Positions 30,308 through 39,136 of a stretch of DNA of 51,343 nt are shown piece by piece; position 1 is the first letter of the stretch, and every line of letters begins with the position of its first letter. Below the pieces are notes generated by a model. The model saw nothing but the letters and a program-made list of their open reading frames with translations, was not told the origin of the DNA and did no database searches. Made by a program: the position numbers and the translations under genes. The stretch comes from an uncultured virus (IMG/VR IMGVR_UViG_3300011912_000001) (lineage: Duplodnaviria; Heunggongvirae; Uroviricota; Caudoviricetes), in the IMG/VR virus record IMGVR_UViG_3300011912_000001. One strand, written 5' to 3'.

Positions 30308-31939
30308 TTACATAACGAGATACGAAGTCATGCTTACAAATGGTTCAGTGAGAGAAGCCATGTGCGTTGCATCCGTATCAATCTGGATGATTTGTGGTGT
30401 ACCTTGGATACAATTCGTTTCCAAGAGACGAGAAGCAAGTTGTGACGGATTAAGACCTAGTTCAAGTCCTCCGACAGACGTACTGAGCGCATATTCATTG
30501 TCTCCTGTACGTGTGACACGGTATCCATTCGGAGATGGACGCAATTGGTCAAGTGGAATAGCAGGTTCTGCTTCCTGAACAGGTGCTTCTTCTGGGAGAG
30601 GAGCCGCTGTCGGTGCCACTTCTGCTTGTTCTTGTGGAACGATACCATGACGCGCAAGCAAGTCTTCTAGAGAGATGCTTTCTTGTGTCGCTTGAGCTTG
30701 TGGCGTAGAAGGCGTCTCTGTGATTTCAACAGAAGCCACAGAAGTCGTTGTACGGACAGATGCCACCATATCAATCGCTTGTTGGCGTTCTGGCGTCATC
30801 GCTTCTTCACCTTCGTAGACGTCAGAGTATTGTGCAAATGTTGCTTTGAACAAGTCCATGTTCATCTCAACGTTAAAGAACTCATTGATGGAAATGATAT
30901 TGCCTTCACCGTATCCTGTAACTTTACCGATAACCGGGTCTTCGTAGCCTTCAACAAGCGGTGGGTCAACGACAGGAGAGATGATGTTGGCAAACCATGT
31001 ACCAGAAGATGTCTTCGACTCATACAAGTAGAGTTCAGCGCCGATTGGAACATGTGGAGCCGTTTCAAGCGGATAAACGAGTTGGTCGAGACCTTTTTCT
31101 TCCATGAAAAGACCAGCTTCTTCAGAGAGACCGCGAATCTGTTCACGAGAGAAGATTTTGTTCTGTTTGTACCATTCGTTGAAGATGTCAAATTGCGCCT
31201 GACGCGTTTCTTGTGTGCGCTGGTAGAAGGATTCAATGTGCTCATCCATTTCTACTTTCAACCCGTCATACATTTCTCCTAAGAGTAACGAGTGACTTGT
31301 ATACGCAAACAATTTACGAATGATGTTCGGAAGCTTCAAGCGGCGGGCTTGTGCCGTCCGTGATGTTTCAGGACTGTAGATTTGTTCCGATAAACGATGC
31401 AAGGCATCATTGTCGATTTTGATGTGCGCATAATCATTGCCACGGACATTCACCAACTCTAGATAACGACGTTGTCCGTCATTCAAGTTGTTGATGTCAT
31501 TTTTTGCAGAATGATAGGCGGTGACAATCGTGTTCATTTTTGGATATTTGTCATTGAAGTACTTATTCCAGTACTGGTCTTCTTGATAAACATGGGCAAC
31601 ACGGTCCGCATTCGCTACCATATCTTCAGAAAGACGAAGACTGAAGACTTGACGTCCGGGACGAAGTTGCAGATGCGGGGCAAAACGTTCCGCATACATC
31701 GTTACCATCTGAATGTAGTTTTGTTTAAACGTCTCAAAATCAGAAGCAGGTAACAAGCTCGATAAATCAAGCGATTGACTGACGTGCGCATTCGGGAACT
31801 GTAAAGTTTCAGCGACTTGGAGAGGTAAGTCAATGACTTCTGCTAAACGACTCACAAGTGTACTATATTCTTCTTTCGAATCTTTATAGAACGAAAGACT
31901 AGAAAGTTTTGTAGAATATTCAGGAGAAAAAACATTCAT
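30308..31939 (-). CDS. Large unknown protein in the Ubl operon
   Basis: 543 aa, AAGGAGG RBS, P/E/A-rich linker before a short C-terminal domain. Confidence 0.85.
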   Translation of the reverse strand: MNVFSPEYSTKLSSLSFYKDSKEEYSTLVSRLAEVIDLPLQVAETLQFPNAHVSQSLDLSSLLPASDFETFKQNYIQMVTMYAERFAPHLQLRPGRQVFSLRLSEDMVANADRVAHVYQEDQYWNKYFNDKYPKMNTIVTAYHSAKNDINNLNDGQRRYLELVNVRGNDYAHIKIDNDALHRLSEQIYSPETSRTAQARRLKLPNIIRKLFAYTSHSLLLGEMYDGLKVEMDEHIESFYQRTQETRQAQFDIFNEWYKQNKIFSREQIRGLSEEAGLFMEEKGLDQLVYPLETAPHVPIGAELYLYESKTSSGTWFANIISPVVDPPLVEGYEDPVIGKVTGYGEGNIISINEFFNVEMNMDLFKATFAQYSDVYEGEEAMTPERQQAIDMVASVRTTTSVASVEITETPSTPQAQATQESISLEDLLARHGIVPQEQAEVAPTAAPLPEEAPVQEAEPAIPLDQLRPSPNGYRVTRTGDNEYALSTSVGGLELGLNPSQLASRLLETNCIQGTPQIIQIDTDATHMASLTEPFVSMTSYLVM

Positions 31940-31960
31940 TGGCGGTTACGCCTCCTTTTC

Positions 31961-32294
31961 TTAGACAAAGTCATCTTCTTCCAGTTCGGTTGCGACTGGT
32001 TCGATGCGACTTAATCGGAGTAACATACTTTCTTCTCGTTGTAAGGTACGAGAAGAATAATCACGAAATGATGAGATAAAATCACTGATGCTCATACCAC
32101 GGTTCAATGATTGAAGATTCGAGAGCGCCTGTTCAACGTTCGTATCCTCTGAAGGGAAAATACCTTCGAACCGATGGTGTTCACGATTAGAAGAAGCTTN
32201 NNNNNNNNNNNATAATTTCATTTTGATTGCTACGAAACTCTTCTGCTGTTTGCGCAATAGGTTCCATTGATGGTTCAACAGTAGGTTCTGCCAT
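31961..32294 (-). CDS. Hypothetical protein (spans N gap)
   Basis: ATG 32294 (MAEPTVEPS...) after AAAGGAG; continues past the gap in the 31961 frame. Confidence 0.6.
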
Positions 32295-32329
32295 GAGTAG
32301 GCTCCTTTCTTTAAAAGGGTTTTGGCTAA

Positions 32330-32363
32330 AAAATAAAAAAAGGGAAGCCATAAGACTCCCCTA
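32330..32363 (-). terminator. Intrinsic terminator after the tri-Ubl gene
   Basis: GGGGAGTC/GGCTTCCC stem then TTTTTTTATTTTT. Confidence 0.7.
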
Positions 32364-32406
32364 TAAGGTACGTTCACCCGAAGGTAAAAACAAGGAAACT
32401 GACGAA

Positions 32407-32925
32407 TCAGTTCCCTTTTGTACCCGCACGAACAACAAAGTGGAACTCTCCGTTACGGAGTTCAACTGACGCACCCGAAAGTTCTGGGTAGATTTGCTTC
32501 AACGCGTCCTTTGCTTGTTCTGGTGTTGTACCAGCCGGAAGGTCGATACGCGTGCCGTTGTAAACAGCGACAGCGCCCGCACCTTTCGTACCTGCACGGA
32601 CGACGAAGTGGAATTCGCCGTTACGAAGCTCGACTGATGCGCCTGAGAGCTCAGGGTAGATTTGTTTCAATGCATCTTTCGCTTGCTCCGGTGTAGTACC
32701 AGCTGGTAAATCAATGCGTGTTCCGTTGTACACTGCAACCGCACCAGACGATTGCGCGCCTTTAGTACCCGCTTTGACTTCGAACGTGATTGTGTCGCCG
32801 TTTTGTACTGCACGAGCGTTTGCAAGTTCTGGGTAGATTTGCTTGAGGGCATCTTTCGCCGCTTCCGCTGTAGTACCTGCTGGTAAATCGATAGTTGTAC
32901 CGTTGTAGATTGCTTTCATTGACAT
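32407..32925 (-). CDS. Tandem tri-ubiquitin-like precursor (Prok_Ub / PRTRC protein C-like)
   Basis: Three ~55 aa repeats YNGT.IDLP...QIYPEL...AGTKG; last repeat followed by a single Asn. Confidence 0.9.
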   Translation of the reverse strand: MSMKAIYNGTTIDLPAGTTAEAAKDALKQIYPELANARAVQNGDTITFEVKAGTKGAQSSGAVAVYNGTRIDLPAGTTPEQAKDALKQIYPELSGASVELRNGEFHFVVRAGTKGAGAVAVYNGTRIDLPAGTTPEQAKDALKQIYPELSGASVELRNGEFHFVVRAGTKGN

Positions 32926-33062
32926 GTTGAAAAACCTCCGATAAATGATTTTATTTTGGGCAATCTTGCCCGTTCAACTCCCGTGGTATCGGAGCTGGCA
33001 CGGAAGCTGAACGGAAAAGAATCCTCTCAAAATAAAAAATAAGTATTTTTAAACCTTTTTAG

Positions 33063-33152
33063 AAGGGGCGTAGCCCCGGCTTTCTTTAAAGCTTTTAAAG
33101 CTTTTAGCCAGTATATCATTTAAACATAAAAACAAGGGACGTAGTCCCGGCT
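33063..33152. repeat. Two hairpin repeat copies upstream of the tri-Ubl gene
   Basis: 33063-33081 exact copy; 33134-33152 GGGAC-GTA-GTCCC carries a compensatory change; extended -10 TGATATACT lies between them. Confidence 0.85.
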
Positions 33153-33349
33153 TTCTTTTAAAAAATAAAATAGGACGGATAAACCTGCAAGTCCATACGC
33201 CCTATCTTGATGTCCGCTAAAACTCAAATAAAAGCGGACGGTTGCCACTGCCATGGCGCCTTCTCTTTCTGTATTGGCCGTACAGTCAAAAAAGGGTAAG
33301 TCGAATAGGAGATGCTACAAAGAAAAAAAAGAAAAAGAAAGTAGTAAGG

Positions 33350-33585
33350 TTGGTGGGAGTTTCCGCTCCCATAATGGAATAAGACGCACAGTTTACCACG
33401 ACCATGCGCCTCATCAACTGAAGCTGTGTGTGTGAGAGGTGTAGGATAGGTTTGGTGGGGTGCCCCCCATAATAGCGTTAGGCATGGCGGAGAACCATAC
33501 CTAACTAGACGTGTAGACCCGTAGAAGTGTACGTAAAGCACGTAACTACGCTTAAATCTTTGGCGGGAGTTTCCGCTCCCATGAT
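33350..33585. repeat. Three hairpin-containing direct repeats at ~100 bp spacing
   Basis: TTGG[TC]GGGAGTTTCCGCTCCCAT[AG]AT at ~33350 and ~33560; shorter TTGGTGGGGTGCCCCCCATAAT at ~33452. Confidence 0.8.
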
Positions 33586-33662
33586 AAGAAGAGATTGTAC
33601 CAGCGAAGGGGTGCCTAGAGTACAATCTCTAAACGATTAAAAATGATTTTAATCATTAAAAG

Positions 33663-33681
33663 AAGGGGCGTAGCCCCGGCT
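33663..33681. repeat. Dispersed hairpin repeat copy
   Basis: AAGGGGCGTAGCCCCGGCT just after the stop of the 33694 gene. Confidence 0.9.
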
Positions 33682-33693
33682 TTCCTTTGTCTT

Positions 33694-34407
33694 TTATAAA
33701 AACAAAGAAGGCGCTACGATAGGTTTGAAAGTTTCTTGCGAAGAAGACCAATCGAACAAAGGCCAGAAACGACGGTAATAGTCGTAGGAAGGAAGGTTGC
33801 GGAATTGTTCGAGGGTTAAAATGTCTTGGTCTTTTGGAGAAGAATAAACGAACGTAAGAGAAGCGGATTCAAAAACACGGGAAGATTTTGCTAAATGTTC
33901 AAATAAGAATAAGAGTTCTTTTTTTCGGTCGAATGCATGAAAAAAACAAGTGGGTTCGACCGGCGCGGACGTTTGCAAAAAGATATGGTTCATCTCTTTA
34001 GCCAAAGGTAGTAATTCTGTTTCTGAATCAGGGTTTAAAAGAAGACTAAGGAAATCCTCATTGCCTTGTGTAGCAAGTAAAGAGGGTTTAAGCAAAGAAT
34101 AGCGACGATAAGATTTTGTCATGACTTCATAGGCGATAAGAGGGTAATACAGAGGGATATGAATTCTCTTATCATCTTTTTGTGCATGGCTGAAAAGTAG
34201 ATGCGTGTAATCAACTTTTACGAAATAAAGAGGAGGGGGAAGCAACTTGCCTCCTAGGAAATGGGTTAAGGCAAATTGAAGTAATTGACGTTGACCCTCT
34301 TCAGCGGATAACGTAAAAGCATCCATTCTTTTGATGGCTTTATGGTGCTGTCTGATAAAAGCATCAAAGTTATGCGTGAGGTCTTCTGCTGTATAAATCG
34401 TCAACAC
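33694..34407 (-). CDS. Orphan protein, tag FKPIVAPSLFL
   Basis: 237 aa ORF, AGGAGG RBS. Confidence 0.75.
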   Translation of the reverse strand: MLTIYTAEDLTHNFDAFIRQHHKAIKRMDAFTLSAEEGQRQLLQFALTHFLGGKLLPPPLYFVKVDYTHLLFSHAQKDDKRIHIPLYYPLIAYEVMTKSYRRYSLLKPSLLATQGNEDFLSLLLNPDSETELLPLAKEMNHIFLQTSAPVEPTCFFHAFDRKKELLFLFEHLAKSSRVFESASLTFVYSSPKDQDILTLEQFRNLPSYDYYRRFWPLFDWSSSQETFKPIVAPSLFL

Positions 34408-34439
34408 CTCCTAGAAGCCGGGTGACCCCGGCACATTCT

Positions 34440-34682
34440 TTACATTTTGACATGCCATGTGACTTCGACAGGCGCAATTTCAGAGATAATGGTTTCAGGA
34501 TTCGTATGAACGAAAATGACGGCATCGCAAGCACGACACTCTAAAAATTGTCCAGTTTCAGGACACTCCGTAATCGGAACATCAATCATTTCTTGGACAC
34601 CACCTTGTTTTTGGCAAGACGGACATACACCATCTGTTGACTGATAGTGTTGTTCTGTAACATATTGGACTTTCATAATCAT
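34440..34682 (-). CDS. Small Zn-ribbon protein
   Basis: CPSC...CRAC. Confidence 0.7.
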   Translation of the reverse strand: MIMKVQYVTEQHYQSTDGVCPSCQKQGGVQEMIDVPITECPETGQFLECRACDAVIFVHTNPETIISEIAPVEVTWHVKM

Positions 34683-34795
34683 GTGAGTTCACTCCTTTTC
34701 ATGTGATAACTGCAACGAACTAAAAAAAGAAGCCGCGCAGCGGCGGCTTTCTTTTGATTTTAAAGAAAAATCCGGGACATCGCCCGGCTCTATGG

Positions 34796-35362
34796 TTAGT
34801 TTTTCCCTTTTAGGATGACTTCGACGTCTGTCCATGACAAAGTAGGAGAAAAGACAAGTTCAAGGTCTTGTCCGGGTTTGGCATCAAAGTAAAGTTTTCC
34901 TTTTAATGTGCGTCCCGCATTAATCTCTCCGTTGATGCCATAATCATCATCAGCATATGCTTCAGGAATTTGTTCACCGTTTTTATCATAAAGATTGAAA
35001 TCTGTCGTATCAACAAAAACTTGTTCAGATGAATTGTTCTTGGCAACGATATCAAAAACAATCATATTGCCAGAATCGGCGCTGTCATATTCTCCAGCGT
35101 CTTTATTAACAGGTTTTGAAACAGTAATTTGAAGCTTACCAACAGAGAAGGTGTCGCCGAATTTTAAGTCCTTTGCTTTCTTTTCTTCTTTTTTGTCTTT
35201 CGAATCCGACTTTTTACTGTCGTCTCCGACTGTAACTTCCTCGCTTTTTTTCATTTCTTTGTCTACATCATTGATGACACTGGAGGTGCAGGCGACGACG
35301 CCAATGACCATAATAGCGATGACAATCAAGATTGCAACAACAAATTTAATAATGGTTCTCAT
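34796..35362 (-). CDS. DUF4352-like membrane-anchored or lipoprotein
   Basis: Hydrophobic N-terminus with VAC, K/D-rich linker, DFNLYDKNG...GEINAGRTLKGKLYF. Confidence 0.75.
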   Translation of the reverse strand: MRTIIKFVVAILIVIAIMVIGVVACTSSVINDVDKEMKKSEEVTVGDDSKKSDSKDKKEEKKAKDLKFGDTFSVGKLQITVSKPVNKDAGEYDSADSGNMIVFDIVAKNNSSEQVFVDTTDFNLYDKNGEQIPEAYADDDYGINGEINAGRTLKGKLYFDAKPGQDLELVFSPTLSWTDVEVILKGKN

Positions 35363-35438
35363 GAGAAAATTTCCTTTCGAAATAAAGTCTAGGGCGGAGG
35401 GACGATGAAAGATAACGGGAATCACCTCCTTTAATGGA

Positions 35439-35837
35439 TTACGTGGTAGTTATTAATTCATGCATCTGTTGATGCCGATGCGTGCGCGGGAAAAACATCG
35501 TGAGTTGGTCTTCGCTTAAACCGACTAATACTTTTTGTCCTGAACGGAAAAAATAAGGGGTAAGAAATGTAGGACGGTCCATCAATTCCTGATGAAGGTC
35601 AAACAAGGATAACGATTGAATTTCATCGGATTCATACCATTCAACGATGCTAGGTGTCTTTTTCAAAATATGTTTGACATCATCGACCTCTTGAAGAATC
35701 AATAAGAATTCTTTGTAAGAGAAAAACTCTTTTCGGATGTCAACGACCGTGACTTCGACGCCGTTTGCCTCAAGCAGTTCGATGACCCGCCGCAAACGTT
35801 TGGTGACAATATTGTAGTAGATATTTAAAGTGCGCAT
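35439..35837 (-). CDS. Spx/ArsC-family protein lacking the redox CxxC
   Basis: Colinear with Spx, e.g. VLVGLSEDQLTMFFPRTHR versus LQVGYNEDEIRRFLPRKVR; no Cys from ATG 35837. Confidence 0.7.
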   Translation of the reverse strand: MRTLNIYYNIVTKRLRRVIELLEANGVEVTVVDIRKEFFSYKEFLLILQEVDDVKHILKKTPSIVEWYESDEIQSLSLFDLHQELMDRPTFLTPYFFRSGQKVLVGLSEDQLTMFFPRTHRHQQMHELITTT

Positions 35838-35847
35838 GATATCCTCC

Positions 35848-36126
35848 TTATGTGCAATCGGCTTCTTGTTGCAAAATATCAGGATGGAATCTGTCCATGT
35901 AATCACGGAAGTCTTGACCTAAGGCAAATCCTTCTGGAGTCATGTAGTACACGTGTTCTTCATGGTCATAATGTGCCAAAATATCATAGTTCGAAGCCGA
36001 CATAATAATATTGCAACGATGAAGCATGCCGTTACAACGGTTGGTTGAAAAATATTCAATTGAGAGACGGGGGCGCTCCCCGCTTTCTTCAGTGTTAATG
36101 GGATGTCCTTTTACGAATAGGTACAT
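35848..36126 (-). CDS. Hypothetical protein
   Basis: AAGGAGG RBS. Confidence 0.65.
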   Translation of the reverse strand: MYLFVKGHPINTEESGERPRLSIEYFSTNRCNGMLHRCNIIMSASNYDILAHYDHEEHVYYMTPEGFALGQDFRDYMDRFHPDILQQEADCT

Positions 36127-36146
36127 AGAAACCTCCTTTCAAATGA

Positions 36147-36713
36147 CTAAAGGGTTAAACGAGGACCTTGAACGCGTTGGAGTTGAGGGCTCCGTATAGT
36201 CTCCATCAAGTTTCTGATGGATTTTAAAGCGTCGCGTTGATAGGTACGCGCCATGATTTTGCGTTTAGAAGAAGTATTAAAATTCGTTTTCTTGCCATAG
36301 ATACCAACATAGGGAGGGTCATCTGTTTCGGTGACAGGCATTGCCGCCAACGCTTCGTCAACATTAGAAACTAAAATCATGCTAGTTGGAAAGTAATATT
36401 TAACGGCAGGACCTAAGGTCAAGGTTGCTTCTCGAATGCCTCGCGTATCAAAAGTGCGTTCATGTACATTATAATACTTGAGAAGCAAATCAAAGGCATA
36501 TTTCCGAACAATGGGATATAAATCATTGGAAAAATCAAAACGTGGAGTAAAAGTAAAAGGATTCTTATATAAAATAAAGAGACCGTAGGCATACTCTCCA
36601 TCAAATTCTCGAATGCTGACGATAATACCCAAGGATTGATGCTTCATATGAAAATGAGAAGAGCTAGAAAGACTGGAAGGACGAACGATGTCGCCGATTT
36701 CAAAGGATGCCAT
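36147..36713 (-). CDS. Orphan family C protein, tag LQRVQGPRLTL
   Basis: GDIVRP...HFHMKHQSLGIIV shared with neighbours. Confidence 0.75.
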   Translation of the reverse strand: MASFEIGDIVRPSSLSSSSHFHMKHQSLGIIVSIREFDGEYAYGLFILYKNPFTFTPRFDFSNDLYPIVRKYAFDLLLKYYNVHERTFDTRGIREATLTLGPAVKYYFPTSMILVSNVDEALAAMPVTETDDPPYVGIYGKKTNFNTSSKRKIMARTYQRDALKSIRNLMETIRSPQLQRVQGPRLTL

Positions 36714-36729
36714 GTGCACATCTCCTTTC

Positions 36730-37257
36730 TTAAAGTCGGAGGAATGGAATCGAAAGAGGTTGGAAAGGTTGCAAAGCAACGAGTTCCTTTAAGTGTTTCG
36801 TACGCGAAGCCATAAAGCGGTCGAAAGTGACATACGACTGAGACATTTGATTGTGTGCCAAGTGTGCGTTTACTAACATCCCTTCTTCGAAAGAAGAAAC
36901 CCGTTGAAGGTCTCTTTCTTTGACCTTGACACGGAGACGGTCGTATCGTTCTGCTAAAGCATAGACTTTATTGCTGTTTGAAGGAGTCGAGACCCTAATA
37001 AAATTCTCAAGGGCTGTGCGGCAGACACCTGAGTCGATTTTATAAAAAGAAGAAGTCAACCATGTATAGGTTGGTTGAAGGCCATGCGCATAAGGATTCG
37101 CATATAAACAAAGAATGACATATTCACGATTATGAACGTCAGGGTTTTTGACATGCAAGACGATACCAAAAGCTTGGTTCTTCGCATGAAAGTAATTCGT
37201 CAAATTACTCCCTCGTATAGAAGGAGTAGGAACGACAAAATCTCCGGGTTTTAACAT
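36730..37257 (-). CDS. Orphan family C protein, tag FQPLSIPFLRL
   Basis: GDFVVP...YFHAKNQAFGIVL. Confidence 0.75.
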   Translation of the reverse strand: MLKPGDFVVPTPSIRGSNLTNYFHAKNQAFGIVLHVKNPDVHNREYVILCLYANPYAHGLQPTYTWLTSSFYKIDSGVCRTALENFIRVSTPSNSNKVYALAERYDRLRVKVKERDLQRVSSFEEGMLVNAHLAHNQMSQSYVTFDRFMASRTKHLKELVALQPFQPLSIPFLRL

Positions 37258-37271
37258 ACAAGGCTCCTTTC

Positions 37272-37748
37272 TTATAAAAATATTTTGGGTAGATTGATGG
37301 AAGAAAAAAGACACAAATGGGAAAGATAATGCTCATGGAAATAGTCAGGGCGAAGACAATATTTCATGACACTGTTAAGGGGTATTCCATTTAAATGCGC
37401 TAAATCTGATAAAGCCTCTAAATAACCAGTAGAGGTCGGCGTCATCACTTTCAAGGAAGAAACCATTCGGTCTGGAGATACCAAATCATAATGAAGTAAA
37501 TTGGAACAATTTGTTGTGAAGTTCAAAGAATGATAGGTTTGCTTGCCTTTAAAAATATTAGAAAGAGTTTCGTTAATGGCAGTGCGGTCTCTTGTATTCA
37601 TATGAAAAGAATGATACTTAGATTGAATAACAAAAATACGAAGCGGCTCCACGTTCATAACAATGGCGAACATGTTATCTTGTTTTGCAAAAAAAGAGCC
37701 GGGGTTTTCTGAGATACCATATATGATATCGTGTAGTTTCAGTTCCAT
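37272..37748 (-). CDS. Orphan family C protein, tag FSSINLPKIFL
   Basis: HDIIYG...FFAKQDNMFAIVM. Confidence 0.75.
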   Translation of the reverse strand: MELKLHDIIYGISENPGSFFAKQDNMFAIVMNVEPLRIFVIQSKYHSFHMNTRDRTAINETLSNIFKGKQTYHSLNFTTNCSNLLHYDLVSPDRMVSSLKVMTPTSTGYLEALSDLAHLNGIPLNSVMKYCLRPDYFHEHYLSHLCLFSSINLPKIFL

Positions 37749-37762
37749 TGCATGATACCTCC

Positions 37763-38464
37763 TTAAACTGGAACAGTAATTCCAGTAGATACATGGGTAC
37801 CATCATCAAAATAGGCATTGAGGCGCTTATTGGAACCGGCGCCACCATCAATAAACGTCATGTTTTTCTTTTTATAGGGATTCGTATTGTCGGTTTGATG
37901 ATAATCGGAAGCATGGACATGACCGAAGACGAATTGTTTTTCAGGGTACATGCCCGCATGCGTCGGCATCTTCCATGAAGGCGATGTCATCTCCATTTCC
38001 GTCGATTGACTGTAATGACTACGGAACGGATTGAAGCCGCCGTGAATAAAGACAGTATCCCCTTCCTCATGCATCAGTTTCAAGCTTTGAAGAAAGGCAA
38101 GGATGTCCGTATGCATGCTGGCAATCCGTTGTTGCGTCTGCATGATATCAACGAAGTCCATACTTGGGAAAAAGGTTGGGTCAAGAGATTTGAGCGTCGC
38201 TTGCCCAAACTGATAACTGTATTCATTGAACTCTCCTAGTAAATATTCTTCAAGATAGAGTTCATGATTTCCTTTTAAAGCGATATGTCCTTCTGAAACC
38301 CGTTGACGGACATGTTGAAGGACTTTCAGGGAATCAGGTCCCCGGTCGACGTAATCCCCATTGTAGATAAAACGAATACGAGGATACATGCGAAGCACGA
38401 ATTCTTCTAGACGGATAAGGGCATCGTAATGCCCGTGGATATCACCGATAGCGCACCATTTCAT
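37763..38464 (-). CDS. PPP-family metallophosphoesterase (Ser/Thr phosphatase or ApaH-like)
   Basis: GDIHGH, GDYVDRG, GNHE, HGG, FGH. Confidence 0.9.
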   Translation of the reverse strand: MKWCAIGDIHGHYDALIRLEEFVLRMYPRIRFIYNGDYVDRGPDSLKVLQHVRQRVSEGHIALKGNHELYLEEYLLGEFNEYSYQFGQATLKSLDPTFFPSMDFVDIMQTQQRIASMHTDILAFLQSLKLMHEEGDTVFIHGGFNPFRSHYSQSTEMEMTSPSWKMPTHAGMYPEKQFVFGHVHASDYHQTDNTNPYKKKNMTFIDGGAGSNKRLNAYFDDGTHVSTGITVPV

Positions 38465-38485
38465 AATAAAACACCTGCTTTCAAA

Positions 38486-39121
38486 TTAGTTAGGAAGCTT
38501 GCCAATACGTTTCTTTAAAGCTTTCCAGTCTTTTTCACGAGTTGCCCAGTCTGGGTCTTGTGGCGTCAAATTTTCTAAACGCACGAGTTCATCTTCAATC
38601 GATAATTCATTATCAATGATAGTGACCATCAATTCACGTAAGTCAGCAATATAATGATTCAATCGGTACGAAAAATCTTGTTCAGCAAAATTAAATTGAA
38701 TGCCTGTTAAACAATATTTGAGAACAATAGAAGAAAGACCTTTTTGCTCTTTATGAGACCAGAGTAAAACCGAAGCGAGTTCTGAAAGTGTTGGAAAGGT
38801 TTGCGTTTCTTTTGAAATCATCTGAATACTAGGATGATGTTTGCAAAGCTCATAAGTTATCATATCCGGTGATAATCCACTAGAGGTATGAAATTGATAA
38901 TGTTCAACAATAAGGTTGCACCCTTCATAAGTTTCTAAAAGAGTATCAGGACGAAATCCTGAACGATTGACAGGACCGGTGAACATAGCAAAGTGCTTCT
39001 TCAAATTTGTAAGAGAGTAAATCTTGCCTTTTTTCGTAAAGTTAGGACGGCGTCCACCTGTTGAAATCTTACCATCAGGACGAACAATCCATGCATAGGT
39101 CATGGTCACAGTATAAGACAT
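38486..39121 (-). CDS. Hypothetical protein
   Basis: 211 aa; STGG...FTKKGKIY N-terminal motif. Confidence 0.75.
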   Translation of the reverse strand: MSYTVTMTYAWIVRPDGKISTGGRRPNFTKKGKIYSLTNLKKHFAMFTGPVNRSGFRPDTLLETYEGCNLIVEHYQFHTSSGLSPDMITYELCKHHPSIQMISKETQTFPTLSELASVLLWSHKEQKGLSSIVLKYCLTGIQFNFAEQDFSYRLNHYIADLRELMVTIIDNELSIEDELVRLENLTPQDPDWATREKDWKALKKRIGKLPN

Positions 39122-39136
39122 AATAAATAAGCCTCC

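Noticed and set aside
29840..31282. Long plus-strand ORFs (149 aa and 199 aa) and similar ones elsewhere
   Set aside because: Antisense shadows of strong minus-strand genes, without RBS.
33350..33585. CRISPR array
   Set aside because: Only three unequal repeats, ~80 bp structured spacers, and no cas genes in the window.
33224..33625. 133 aa minus-strand ORF with a repeated HGSGNS-like motif
   Set aside because: No RBS; the peptide repeat is a by-product of the DNA hairpin repeats.
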